DNA of 64,000 nucleotides from Spizellomyces punctatus DAOM BR117 (Eukaryota): NCBI GenBank assembly GCA_000182565.2, contig KQ257455.1; one strand, 5' to 3'. Shown piece by piece: positions 42,329 to 56,197 of this stretch (position 1 is its first letter; each line of letters starts with the position of its first letter). The notes under the pieces were generated by a model. It saw only the letters and a program-made list of their open reading frames with translations, ran no database searches and was not told where the DNA came from. The position numbers and the translations under genes were made by a program.

Positions 42329-42355
42329 CCCCCCCCCCCCCCCCCCCCCCCCCCC
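42329..42355. repeat. Poly-C (poly-G) homopolymer, 27 nt
   Basis: Direct count of the C run. Confidence 0.95.
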
Positions 42356-42613
42356 GAAACCAAAAAGGTGGTGGGAGCGGAGAAAGTTCCAAGCTGCCGT
42401 CAACAATCATCCCTGAAACCTTTTAAACAAACTAGATATTACGTGATGTCTCCATCCAATATTCTTTATCTTTTTACAGTGGAACACTTTGACACCTCCA
42501 GTGATATCTCGCTCGTCACTTTAAGGTGGGCGCAGGGAGAAGACAAGACAAACACCGCCAACTGGCGGTCGCTTCTTCGACCTAGCTGGTCCATGTATTG
42601 CATTTAGGAAGGC

Positions 42614-45600
42614 TTGGAAATGAATTTAGCAATTGCAGCCTTTCAAAATGATGTGGACACTGCGCGAGCTTGCCTGGTGGCAGGGTGGATGCCCAACGGC
42701 GTTGTTCGATGGGATGCCCTCAAAGGAACATGGATTCCACCAACCGATGTCAGCGACATGTCTCCATTCCTTGCACGCGATCTGCCGGACGGGAAACACG
42801 TCTATGATGCACTACCGCTCAATCTGGCCGTGATCGCTGGCAATGTGGAAATTGTCAAAATACTACTGGAAGCTGGTGCACAACCTCAGGGCAAAGATGG
42901 GCGAAGCAGGTGAGTTACAGGTTTAGAGTAACTCGTCGTTTACAATTTGCTGCGCATTATAGTGAAGACCCCCACGCGCTATTCCATCCGAATGGCCTCT
43001 AATCGACCACCTTTTTGCCAATGATATATAGGTCAGCTTTGGCATGCGCCATATATGGGTCGATCGACACTCTTGAGATAACTGCCCAAAACTTCAAATC
43101 CGTCACGCAATGCCGCACAGAACACATTACCATAGCTCAGTTGATTCTACGGCATTTGGCATCTGAGAGTAACTCAAAGGAGATTTTTGATCAAGTTGTT
43201 AATCAGCCTCAAGAGGGACCACTTTTGCGTGGAATAACGTTACTGTGTCTTGCTGCGTACCTCGGAAAGTCTGAGCAAGTGAGAGTTCTATTGGAGGAAG
43301 GTGCCGCTGTTAATGCCAGAGATAAGAATGGTACGATTTCATCTTGTTTTCCGTATGAAGGATCTATTCTGAGATATCGTACATGTACAGGAGCGACAGC
43401 GCTGATGTATGCTGGTAAAGCGTTATTCTTTGACTGGTGGCGATAGCGAGAGGAAGCATCGGCGTGCTTATTGCTTCAATTTCCTAGCTCGTGATGGCCA
43501 CATGGACGTCGTAAGACATCTTTTAGCATTCGATGCAAACACAGAATTAGAAGATGCAAATGGATGGACAGCGATACGGTATTCTCGCGCGTATCCAGAG
43601 ATAACAAGATGCCTTGAAGATGCTCGTTCTCGGCGCATGGATGCTACTGTGAGTGTACCTACATCACCTTGGCGACAAGGGCAATCATTAACAACAAGTC
43701 AAAATAAAAGAGCGTACTTCCCAAACCACTTTTGGCAGATCTCAATGCAAAATACCCAAACTTGCCTTCATCGCTGTTGTCCTATCATGCCTTACGGAAG
43801 CCCGCGGACGGCTCCACCAGCGGCTCCAACACCCCATATCAAATGACGCCAGGCGCATCACCACAATTTCCGCCCAATCACTATAATCTCGTCGCTGCCA
43901 TCAAGCAGCAAGACTTGCATGCCTTGCAACTGGTGCTCCAAACTTGCTCTGAGGATCAGATCAATCAGGTAGACCCAACTACGGGGTTAACACCGCTCCA
44001 ATATGCCGTGCGTTCACGTCCATTCAAACATCCGGAAAGCGAAACGATCGTGCGTATCCTCGTTGCTATTGGGGGTGAAGTGAACACCGCCAACCAGCGA
44101 AGTGGAAAGACTCCTTTACACTACGTAGTGCGGGATCCATATCCCCACCCCGGCCCCTCGGCTACAAATGAGACTGGGGCAGATAAGCTACAGACGCTTG
44201 TAGAATCCGTCCGAGCCATGGTCCGATTTCTTGTTTCTTCCGGTGCCAATGTAGATGTTCCCGATTCAGATGGAAATAGACCGCTTCATTTTGCGTGTAA
44301 AACCGGTGATGAAGAACTAGTCAAGATTCTCCTTCAAGACGGTCATGCGGATCCAACTGTGACAAACAAGAGAGGACGACGACCGGTGGATCTATGCCGC
44401 CGGGGTTCGATGCGGGAGCTGTTAGCACAGGCTTCTGTAGCACAAAACTCGCACTTATCGTCTGGTACAAATGCTTCTACCACAACGTCATCAGATAAAT
44501 CGCAAAGGCCTGACGACCTACCTCAGAAACATGTCCATTTTGCTGTCCCTCCCTCAACAACTACGCCTGCTCCAGTGGATGACGAGGACAAGATCACGAC
44601 TCCAATGCTTAAATCATCCGATTCTGCTTACAGTAGCAACGAAGGTTTAAATGCACTGGTAGATCAACCGCTTAACCGTGATCAATCGGGAATATCACAA
44701 TCGTCGTCCATGTCAAGTCTACATCTCAATGCAGTAGAAGATGACCGAGACGAAAAACTGACGATACCACAACTCAACCAGCTCGTGGCGCCATTAACCG
44801 GTGCACAGACTAATGAATGCCGGGAAGGCGAAGAACCTGCTTCTATGCAAAGCAGAGCCACCGCGCAGCAAGCCTTCTTTGATGTCCTCACCGCCTACGA
44901 GGATCGAAATTTAAAGCTGGAAGGCATCATTCGCGACATGCAAGCTGAGCAAGACCGCAAGGATTCGGTATACCAAGAACATCTAGTGCAACTTGAGCAT
45001 GCTTTAAATGTGGAAAAAGAAAAGTCCGAACAGGCGGTTTTGGATATGAAAATGTGGAAAAAACAGTGTGCTGATGCGCAAAAGAAGGAAGCAGAGGCCA
45101 GAGAGTCGCAGAACGCTATGCACCTCGCTTATGAACGAGCGATGCGAATGTCGGCAGACTTGGCTGAAACGGTTGGACAACAGCAGCAGCGGATTCTGGA
45201 GCTGGAAAGTCTCAAAACGGTTCCTTTAGTAATCGCAACTCCCTTGCCCGGGGAAAGATTAGAATCGACGGGATTGGATACTCTAGATAGCAAGACAACA
45301 TCAGAGCTTGATCCACGGCCTATCCATGTGCGACTGGCGGAAATTGATCTGCATTTGGACATTCTGCGTGCCAATGCCGAAGCGGTAGCAGCCGATATCC
45401 AAGAAGCAGAATCATCCTTGCAGCAAGTCCATCACAAACGCGATGCAGCGATATTGGAGACTAATGTAACACAACGAACCATTCAGACATGTTTGGGAGA
45501 GTTGCATAAAGATGAGCAACTACTCGTGGCAGAGTTATGTCGGTTGCGTCGCGAGCGGAGCGAGATAGACGATCAGCTGAAGCGTACTGGCAAGGAGCGC

Positions 45601-47481
45601 GATTTGCTCTGGGAAAACGGTGGAAAGGCAGCTGCGGCCGCAGCCGGTACTTCGGAACGTGACCTCAACACGCTGGCAACAACAATTCGTCCGATTGATG
45701 ATGCCGGAAACCGATTGCCGTCGGGACCGGGCACAGGATTCGTCACTTTGGAAGCTCTGTTAAACCAATTCCAATTGGAGAGCTCTGCACCCGTACCATC
45801 ATCGCAGAAACAAAGCCGTCGACGATCCACTTTGCGGTTATCAACCATATTTGATGCTCAGGAAGTGGATGTAGACCTGGATAGTGCTTTATTAAGTCGT
45901 TTACTGTATGCCGCTAAACAACGAATTCACAGCCTGAAAAACTCGTTGGCATCCTTGCAGACGTCATATGGCTCACTGCAGAGGCGATTGGATGAGCGCG
46001 AGGATGATCTGCTTGCAGCCAACCACCGAATCACCGAGGCTGAGGCAAACGTCCAGAGAGTAAATATGGAACGCACGGACATGGCGGGTGAGATCCGTGC
46101 TGTACGAGCCAGAGAACGCATCATATTGAGTCAAAGAATGGAAGACGTCAAACTGATCCGAAAACTTGTTGTCATTCTCCTTGGAAAACGATGTGTGTCG
46201 GGGGAACGAGTCGGAATTCACGACATCAAACCTGATGAGCACGAAACAGATGCGACAATGGGGTTATTGGGCAGAATGCAGCGACTGATCAGCGAGTTGA
46301 ACCCATCGATTACGTCGAGACTACCACCCTACTCCATGGACTCTGCGTTATCCGATGAGGCACTCCGAATTCAATGCTCTCCAGCTCCCTCTGAATCCGG
46401 TGACTTTGACGAAGCGACCGATATTCAGCGCCGGGCGGAGCGGGCCCTTACCGTCCTTACATTGGCTATCGGGCGTTTTAAGGCGTACTTTGGACTAATT
46501 CAGGACGTGCTGACGGATATGAAGGTTGAAAACCAAAAGTTTGTAAGGGAGATTGTTAATTTAAAGAGGGGAGGTGCTTCGCGGGTCATAGATAATGAGG
46601 AAACAAGGATCCCAAACGCAGTCAGTACCACACAGCCATCGATACCAAACGCCGTTAAGCCATCTCCCCCGCAACCTGCTAGCGCTCCATCCAAACATCC
46701 CGTTCCCATACCAGACTCGACGAGATCGTCGTCGTCATCGTCGTCTACAAAGTCCTCGCAGTCAACCGTAATAGGAGTCAATGCCCCCAATCCCACACCA
46801 TTAACAGCAACACCCGCCGTTGAGAAAATCCTTCAATCTCTTCAGCGATCCAAGTCCGAGTTGGCGGCACTAGAAAAGACTGCCGCAAGCACTCCGGCAG
46901 CAGTCGATAAAAGGGTCATGGATGGAAAGAGAAGAGAATACATGGAGATGGTCAAATGTCTGATGAGAGCCATGCGGGATGATGGTGACAAAGTGGTGCT
47001 GGAACCGACTCTATCAGAGACGTCTCAGTCGCCGTCTTTGGCATCATCAGCACCACCACCATCTTCACGACCTCCCACACCCACTCTTGAATCATCTCTA
47101 TCTGACCAATCTCCTTCCTTGGCATCAGCTCCAGCACCTTCACGACCTCCCACGCCCACTCCTGAACCGTCTCCGACACCTAAAACCCGTGGCACACCAG
47201 TGCGTGATGTACGCAAGCATCCATCCCGAAGGGTAGCGATGGCCCAGAGTCGGAGCAATGCCAATGTGCTGCCAACATTGTATGAGGAAGGGGAGGAAGA
47301 TGGAGAGTCTGGAGGGGCTGTAAAGGAAAAAAGTGGGTCTTTATTGGACAGATTGAAAAAGGTTGGTGGCAAGTGCAACTTGTGTGGATGCAAAGGTTGT
47401 TGTTGTTGTTGACATGGGTTTTGCATTCAGGTGAATTATCATGTGTTAGATCTTAAAAATGCCATGCGAAGAGATACGTAA
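42614..47481 (+). CDS. Ankyrin-repeat protein with long coiled coils and a Pro/Ser-rich tail (start uncertain)
   Basis: Ankyrin motifs LPLNLAV, TLLCLAAYLG, GATALMYA, GLTPLQYA, GKTPLHY, GNRPLHFAC. Last intron predicted at 47362-47430. Confidence 0.8.
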
Positions 47482-48758
47482 AATCGTTTTGTAGCGTTGA
47501 CGTCTGCAGCCGTGAAGAGTGCATTTGCTGCGCTGTTTTTTAATTCAAAACAAGGCCCACTCCGCCGTCATCGTCGTTGAGGCTGTTACAACGCCCACCA
47601 TCACAACAGCCGCCGTGACCCCCGCCGTGGTCGTCGCCGTGGCCGCCGTAACCAGCAAACACCCAGCAAAATGACTCAGAGACTTAAATAAAACAACATC
47701 ATATTGCACCCGCTATAATCCCGCAGGCTCAATGTTTTGCATGTTTCTCATCACCGTCATTTTCCTGCATCCGTTTTTCTTCCTTTATCTTGAAATTGTG
47801 CATCTCTTGAGAGACGAAGGGTGGCAAAAAATTGGACAACTCTGCGTGATGACGCTCACACACAGGACTCTTTAGTAAAAGGCGAAAGGGTCATTTGATT
47901 TGTGTCAACGTCGCAGAGGACAAGGAAGAAGGGGGAAATGCGAGAGTTGCTCCTTTTATAGTTCTGAGGGGAATCATCGGAAATTTATTCTTGATCTGAT
48001 TGGTTGTTTTTGTTGGGATGGCAATGCTGGTCACGCGACCCATCGGTCATCGAACTTTCAAAGCGTCGCAAGTCGTCGACATGAAAGCTGATCTGAACGC
48101 CTACCAGTAGTACAGCGGGTACGAATGAAACAAACACCGTGTTATATCGTGATCAGAAACACACTCGTTTTAAACGTCAGAAGCTGAAGGCAGGATTTGC
48201 AATACCTAAACAAAGTGGCACTCGGACGCATATCGACCACCAACTTTTGTAAAAGATGAGTGTTTAAAAAGGTCCACCCTGGTTATCCAAGCACTCCATT
48301 GGAACCGGATTCAATCCGGATGACGTTGCAAAGAGTTTCCATTTTGGGTTTAATGAACTGTCGCGTTCATCGTTGACACTCCTCAGCTTTCCCTTTTGTC
48401 CCATCTCGTAGTGCTCCATTGCACTTGCGCTGTTTGCTGCTGGTGCTGCTGCTAAACAGTGTTGTTAGGCATTGACGCAATCCCTTGTGCTGTGAGAGCG
48501 TTCTGCATTTGGACTGTCTTGACATGCTTTTCTGAAAAGTTCATCTTGACAAAGGTTAGTGCATGTCGGTCGTGTTGCGACCATCTCGCACCCGTATGTG
48601 CGAGCTTGGTCTCCTTTCCCTGTCCGCTAGTTGCGCAGAATAGTCAAACTATATGAATTCAACCTTGTTTGTGGTTTAGGACATTAGCTTGGATTCTTTT
48701 CATGGCTCAAACGATTGAAGAGTGGCACGGTGGTGAACCCTTTGGTCTGCAACCCAAC

Positions 48759-51700
48759 ATGTCAGAAAACGGTGCAACAGGCACACCGCAAAGTCCACCT
48801 TCTTTACCTCGGCGTCCAGACGAGATACGACCACCCGAGCCTGCGCGGTCAGCATCTGGTGAAATACGTAGAGTACTTTCTCTTGGATCTTTACCATCGC
48901 CCAGCTTTCCGCGAAAAGCGGCAACAGCCGTTAGAGTCGGCGTCGCGGCCAGGTTTTTTTCGACTGGTTCACGAAATGTAGCGCTCCCTTCTATTCCACC
49001 CACCGATCCACCTGTCATAGTGAGTGAGGCACCAACAACACCACCCGCGGGCAGATCGCCATCACCCAATAGCGCGCAACCTTCAGTTGCTCAACGCCTA
49101 GGAAACGTATTGAGGCAGTCATCTTCCGAAAGCTCACTGCCGCCTAGCCCAGTACCCCAACGATCCAATTCATCTCGTCGTACCTCCTTCTCCCAGCCGC
49201 GTGCGAGTATTCCAAATGAAGGCAGGGATTCTGTGGCAGAGGCTGCCGCGGCCTTGTTAGCGCAGGAAGATGACGATGGGACCCCAATGGCAAACAGAAA
49301 GAGAAATGCAGACTTTCACGAATTGTTTCCTACATTGCCTAGAGATGAACTGCTAGTGGAGGGTACGTCAAGCATTGCATGGTTTCCCTCAAATGACAAC
49401 TTCTGACCCTAGATAAATATCTCAGACTATTCTTGTGCGTGGCACAAAGAAGTATTGATACAAGGACGACTGTATCTGTCGCAGGGACATGTAAACTTTT
49501 ACGCCAACCTCCTTGGTTGGGTGCATTCGGTGCGCAGCTGCAGGTTGTGCGGAAAATAGGAAATGGTCTAACTGTGACTTTGTCTTATGTGCAGGTTGAA
49601 ATTCCATTCTCGGAGATAATTTCCATTGAAAAAAAGAATGTCGCCGCCATCATTCCGAACTCGATAGAGATTACTACGATCACAAATAATAAAGTTTGTC
49701 TTTTTGCTTACATCGGCTCACCTTGCTTGCATTACATCTAACGGTCTTGTAGTTCTTTTTTGCTAGTTTCCTTCATCGTGAGAGCACGTACAGCCTCATC
49801 ATGTCCTTGTGGGACAGTGTGGCAAACAAGACTATTCAATTGCTTCCCATTACAAAAGTTTCTGAAGGACCGTGTTCATGTCCACCAGAACAATCCTGCG
49901 AACTGTGCGCCGGTCTTCGGGATTTTGATCGAAAGACAAATGACAGAGGCAATCATCGGGGACGCGATATGGAGATACTAGAGTCAATGAACCTACGCAG
50001 AAGCATGTCTCTCGACTGGCTGCGAGAAAGGGCGGATAGTCAGGAACTTAGCAAATCTTCATTGACGCTCGACGCGACCAATGGACCTGAAGGTATTTCA
50101 AAGGACACGGAACCGAACGACGACAAGGAAAGTGGGCATGACAACAAAGATCGTGGAAAACTGGGCCAGCTATCTCCCGAGACAATGCGCAAAAACTCCA
50201 GCGGAGGGAAAGAGCGCTCACTTAGCTTGCCAGAGACGATTTTGAGAGAGCAAGTGAAAAATCTAACTGCTAGCACAGTTGTGTCCAAGACCGAAGACGA
50301 ACCAAAATTCCCGGAGGATTTCGTCTCACCGATAGAAACGGTCTTGTCTTCGCCACTGACGCCAGCTGCAGTGCGCCAATCGGCCAACTTGCAACGAGAG
50401 TCTCAACCGCGCGGTTTGGCGGAATTGGCTGACGTCCAGCTGGGACAGCAATCCGAATCGATATCACCGAAATCAAAGGAGATGTCGTCCCTCCCGAAAA
50501 GTTCGGATGAAAACCTGGGTCAAACCATTCCACCTCCACTACCAGCTAAGAATCAGCATATCGTACATCAAAAGATCCATATTCACACGCAGCCCCACAT
50601 CCATATTCCGCATCGCAAATCTTTGCATGAAGAAGCGGGATCTAAACATCGTAAACGAAACCGCAAGCGACCGAAATCCGTACACCTGGCACCTTCATTG
50701 ACTACCCCTGCGACATGTCCATGCGAGGCAGATCATAAGAAATCTATCATGGTTTTGGATGCTGTATTTGAATGCTCAGTCAAGCGGTTGTGGGATTTAT
50801 TATATGAATATGGATCGACCAGAGAGGGATTTTTGAGGAGCTTCTTGGAAGGCCGACGAAAATGTCGAGGTACGTGACAGCTATTTTGTTGGGCATGCAC
50901 GGGTAACTGCTCACTGATCTTCCATGAATAATAGAGTTTAAGATGTGTGACTGGGTGGCTGCTGATGTGGACCTTGCAGACCCAACGGAAGACGCACCGA
51001 AATCGGACACTGTACAATATGATGCAGTGCATCCCAAATGGCATAGGAAGGTGGAGTATATCGTCCCCTTGAGTAATTCACTCGGTAAGTGAATATCAGA
51101 CTTTTACATTATGTTACAACATCAAGATTGACATTTTGAATGGATGACATACAGGCCCCAAACAGACTCGCTGCAAACTCCACGAGACGGTACTACAGAA
51201 AGACAAAGAACGGTAAGGATATATACCAGCAGCAGTTCTTTCCTCCCCTCGTACTTACATATCAACAACATAGACACATTTGCCTAAATCAAATTTCCCA
51301 AACACCCGATGTTCCCTCTGGTAACGCATTCCAATCACGCGCGCGCCTGTGTCTCACCAGCGTTAAACATCGTCAGACACGGCTTCGAGTCTCCTGCGAA
51401 GTGGAATGGCTGAAGAGTTCCTGGTTAAAGGCGCCCATCAATAGTGCGGTTCCTGAAGGACTGAAAAGTTACCACGCTGAACTGGAAACTGCCTTGAAGG
51501 AGTATATTCTGGCTCATCCGGAATCTCATGATGACAAAGTTGGCGCAAATGGCCATACACCCGAAGAATCAGAGGAAGAATACGAAAACGATGGTGAAGA
51601 AGTAGACTTGGATGACGGCTACGGACCTGACAATAACAACCTCGCCCACCCTCTCGAAAGAGAACTTGCTGAGGCAGAACGATTTGAACAACTTTTGCGT

Positions 51701-52051
51701 AAACGTCGTGGATACGCCCAAGCTCCTCAACGTGGCCTGTTTACGCTCTCACCCTTATCTTCCCCCCCTGGACTTAAATTCTCGACGCCGACCGAAGGAA
51801 CATTTATGAAACCTTTTGTTCGTCCTGCCAAAAAGCAGCCCAAATTTGGTGGACGAGAGTTTAGGAGGGCTTGGGGTGTCGTGTGGAGAAGTTTGAGCAC
51901 GACGGTTGGATTAGCTGTTGTGGTTTCCGTCTTGATTCTGTTTGCTGTAATGTGGTGGATGATGTTTAGGACGTTTGTGAAATGGGAGGTTGAGCGAGTT
52001 GTCTCCGAGGCCATGTCGAGGCAAGAGGTTGTTCGTATGTTTGGCGGTTAA
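48759..52051 (+). CDS. GRAM + VASt (StART-like) membrane contact site lipid transporter (Lam/Ysp2/GRAMD1 family)
   Basis: KRNADFHELF...DYSCA..KEVLIQGRLYLS (GRAM), TPDVPSGNAF...RLRVSCEVEWLKSSWLK (VASt), and a C-terminal TM helix. Confidence 0.85.
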
Positions 52052-52269
52052 GTTTGGACATGAAGCCACGTTGGGAGAGGATGCAGTGTATGTTTCTTTT
52101 TTTGTGTATATAGGGTTTAGGGAGTGAACATTATTTTGTAAACATTTATCTCAGAAAGAATAACTGATTCTTTGCACAAGGTTAAGATATGTAATTACGC
52201 AGTGAAACATGATAAACATCTCCCAAATATAAGGATACGCCCAACATTCTCCTACCATATCCATTCCGC

Positions 52270-54522
52270 CTATATACCACCTTCCTCCACCTTCTCCAAT
52301 TCTTCTCTGAGTTTTGACGCCGTATATCTACGCTCTGGATTCCTCTCCAAACACCCTTCCAAAATTAACAATATCCCGTCATCAACCACTTCCCCACTCA
52401 AGAATCTCACCTTCTCTACGCCCCCTCTTAGCTCTGTCCCATGAACCTGCAGGCCGCTCTCAAAGAACCCTTTACGAGCTCCCATAATCAGTTGCAATGT
52501 GGTGCGTGCAAGATGAAACGGTGCTGTGCCTGTAATGAGTGTGTAGAGCGTCACGCCTAAAGAATAGATATCAATCGGAGTGGAATAGGGTGTGCCGGGC
52601 GTGAGAAGCTCGGGAGCGCTATAGGCTTCGGTACCGCGACCAAGCCCGTCTTGAAGTGTTGGTGAAGGAGTTGATGCACGCGACGCTATTGTGACTGGAG
52701 ACGGGGATGGGATAGTCAAGTGGGGGATCTGTGGTCGGGATTTTGGAGTTTGATTTGGTGAGGGTGGTGTTGGGGTGCTTGTTTGTGTATGACCACTAGA
52801 CGATGATATCGATCCTGTTTCGGTTTCCTCCATTTCGTCGACCGTGGGTTCGGGAATAAAGCAGGCGTTACCGAAATCAGCCAGACGCACATCCAGAAAT
52901 TCAGAGAGCTGTTTCGAAACGAAAAACACATGAGGTTGAGGTCATCATGTCGGCCATCACTACAACGACTATCTCACCAAGATATTATGCGGTTTAATAT
53001 CATGATGCACGATCCCTTGTGCGTGCATACACTCTACAGCACTCGCGAGCTGCCGAGCCCACTTTAACCATAGCCTCCTCCCTACGCTCTTTTTATTCCT
53101 CAGGACCCAATACCACATATTTCCTTTTGGTAAAAATTCGAGTAGGAGTAGTAGCCGTGGAGCAGGATCGACTTTTACGGTTCCATCGGTAGACGCTGAT
53201 AACGCAAGTTCGCTACGCACAGTCGGATTATCAACATCCGCTTCATCTTTTACACCAATAAATTTGACAATATTGGGATGAAGAGGACTCAATTTGCGGA
53301 GGATGTAGACTTCGCATAGACCTATCGCCTGGGCTTCCGGAGTTTGATGCATGCGTTTAACAGCACAGGGAAAAAATTCTGGTGATGGTGTTGGGATTGG
53401 GTTTTCAGGGCTCAGCTTTGGGAGCGAAGATGGTGTCTGCGGATGTGGGGATGTAGGTGGGAAGGCGGAGCGGCGAGGACTTCCGGGTTCTGTGAGAGTG
53501 TAGTACCCAAGGAAAACTTGGGCATAACGGCCCTCACCAAGGAAATTTCGCTTGGTAGGGAGAAAGGTCAAATTGACATTGTCCCATGTTGCGGGTGAAG
53601 TGATCACGCTCACATTTTCTTGATGGCGTTGTCTGGCTCGTTCTTCTGCAGCTAGCAACTGAGGAGATTTGCGGCCGGTTTCGGGACCTGCACCTGCATC
53701 CACCAGCAGGTGGTCGCGCAGGTTATTCTGCTGACCTGGGGTGGAGGCAATGGTAAACTTGCTATCATCCAACTCTACAAAGCCGCGACGTGTGCTGGTG
53801 TTGGCATTGGTAAGGAATGCAGCTTCGACATCTGGGTCTCGGTTGATTGGTGGGGTGGATATACTTGGTATTGGCGGAGAGGATAGGGCCAGAGGCACTG
53901 TTATGGACCCGCTTACATCCTGCCGTTGGTTGATTATATCTTCGCTCGCCTCAGCTCCTGATAATTCCCCTTTTCGAAGTGCGTTGAGTTCTTGTTCGGT
54001 CATATTCACGGCAGGTTTTAAAATAGTGTGCGTGACATCAAATATCGAGTTTTTTGACTTTTGATTCTGCATCTTGCGTTCGGTACTCGGAGGCGGTTGC
54101 GGCTTTGAGGCAGGGGAGCTGCGGTAGAAAATCGATCCTTCCTTAAATACCGGTTCCTGGGGTTTCTGTACGGCCGGAGTGAATTTTGAGGCAGCATCCG
54201 TAGGAGAGAGTTCCAACGCCCCCGGTGGTGTCGAAACCCCAATGGGGCCCAGCCTACTTCCCTTTTGCTCCGAGTAGACAAAATCGGCTGCACCATGCTG
54301 TTGTTTCTGATATGGCTGATATATCTGTTCAATATCTACAAACCCTCGTCGAACATCGCTATTGGTCGGAATTGAGGGAGCAAAGGGCGGGGCGGGACTA
54401 GCGGATCGCTGCATGTTGTTATCACTGTTACGAGCCGAGAATGCAGCAGAGGTTGTTCCAAGATCGAGTCCACTCGTAGAAGCAAGATCTGAGTTTGCAA
54501 ATCTCGGTCGTTCCTGAGGCAT
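52270..54522 (-). CDS. Ser/Thr protein kinase with a long N-terminal disordered region and an activation-segment insertion
   Basis: LGEGRYAQV, AVKR, HPNIVKF, HHDIKPHNIL, LADFG, GTEAYSAPE, DIYSLG. One intron at about 52909-52978. Confidence 0.9.
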
Positions 54523-55358
54523 TATAAATGAGTCACCAATATGGCGCCGGGTCGATATTTTGCGCCAGGTCAGTCAAGGTGGTCCAGTGGGGAAGAGCAG
54601 CTGCGAGACAATGTGTTCGAGTGTTGTGGCAGTGTTGGGTGTGAGCAGTCGTTGGTTATAGCTTGGTAAAGCCGATAACGCGACTGCGAGACAATGGTAA
54701 TCTGTGTGTATTCAGAGAGGCAATCATGGAGAGCGGAAGGCCTCAAAAGAAAGCAGAAATACAAAGTCCTGCGCAGGATTGCGAGAGCGGGTAGAAATCC
54801 AGGGATGCCGAGGGCAAGGCAATGGCGAAAACGTCAGGTCTCGTTCCAAACCCAGCGAGGCGTTTACGTGTCGAGTACGTAAGCAATGTCGCGAAGGGTG
54901 ACTGTGGATGATGAGCCTTTCTGCTATGGGGCCTTGGTTTTTGGCGAACGGTTTTGTTCTTCTTTTTGAGTATTCCTCCAAGGACGGTGGAGATCCGTAC
55001 GCAGCTGCATTTGCACTAGAAACTGTGTGCAAGGAGTTTGGCAGGTCTTGGTTTTTGAATGCTGGAAACCATGTCATGAGGAACCAGTAGTCGATGTCGT
55101 GTGCGGGCATTCAGGACAACGTTCCGGTATGGGCGGACAGCAAGGTTTCTCCACCATCCATATGCGTCGAACCGAGACAACGTTCATGGTCTTCCCTTGA
55201 GCTTAAAACCTTTGAATGTTCCTATGACCGACCCAGCCCTCCACTGCGTTGTGGCGCAGTCTAGATCATGTCATCCTGTTTATGACAGTTTTCCCCATCT
55301 GTTCCACTCGACATCTCGCAAACGTCGTCGCAGTCAAGCGCTACTGATACCTGATACC

Positions 55359-56197
55359 ATGAGCATGAGCAATCCCTTGAGTGACAGTGTCGCTAGATCT
55401 TCGAATGGAACCTTTACAGAGTTTGATCAAAGCGTTTTGCTAGAAGATTATTACAAAAGCAAGGGCGTGGCTGCGAGACCCGGTCTATGTCTTGGGTATT
55501 CCTTGGAATGGATATCAAAGACGTTGCAGGGAAAACAAGGTGAATTCTATGAGAAGGCTGGAGATTTGGAGACTATCGAGCGACTCAGGTAGGTGTGACA
55601 ATAGCATATGTGTTTACTATCAATGATACACAGATTAATCAAAGAGCAGCAAAATAAATCGTAAATTTCCCGCTCTGATCTCATACCACTCAGTTTCCCC
55701 TCTGGTCAAAGAAATTGCCGCACCACTGGCCCTGCGTGTGCGAAAGGACGAGACTGATCCCGTGGGTGCGTATACTTGGATAAGGGAAGACAACCGGTAA
55801 GGCATACATTTTGCAGAAAAATTGGAATTACGTCCTTATAAGACTTGGAATAAGGTTTATAACCAATAAATGCGAACCATTCGGCTCCCTGATCTTCCTT
55901 CCGTCGGAGTCTGAGGATAGGATAGGACACACTGTTGCTGTGACAAGCTACATCGAGTCAACCGAGTGGGTATGGTCTTACTTTGACCCGAATCAAGGCC
56001 AGATGACAATTAAACGACCTTTTGACGGGAAAATTTGTGGACGTTACTATGAAGAGATGCCCGAAGGATCTGATACTCGCATGATGATATACAAGGAAGA
56101 GGCTGATGCTGATGTGTGGTTTCGCCAGCTACTCGAGTATGAGAACGCAAACGGTTTCGTTCGGAGGAAAAGGATTGATGTGTGTCCGCGAGACTGA
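55359..56197 (+). CDS. YopT/AvrPphB-like (peptidase C58) cysteine protease, predicted 3 exons, about 240 aa
   Basis: Exons 55359-55588, 55650-55761 and 55817-56197 join in frame via GT-AG introns of 61 and 55 nt. Motifs FDQS, GLCLGYSLEW (Cys), GHTVAV (His), YFDPNQG (Asp). Confidence 0.7.

Noticed and set aside
47362..47430. C-terminal CNLCGCKGCCCC-TGA tail (metal-binding, lipidation or selenocysteine read-through)
   Set aside because: It lies in a likely 69-nt intron (AAG|GTTGGT...TTGAC...CAG). The Cys run is a TGT microsatellite and no SECIS evidence was seen.
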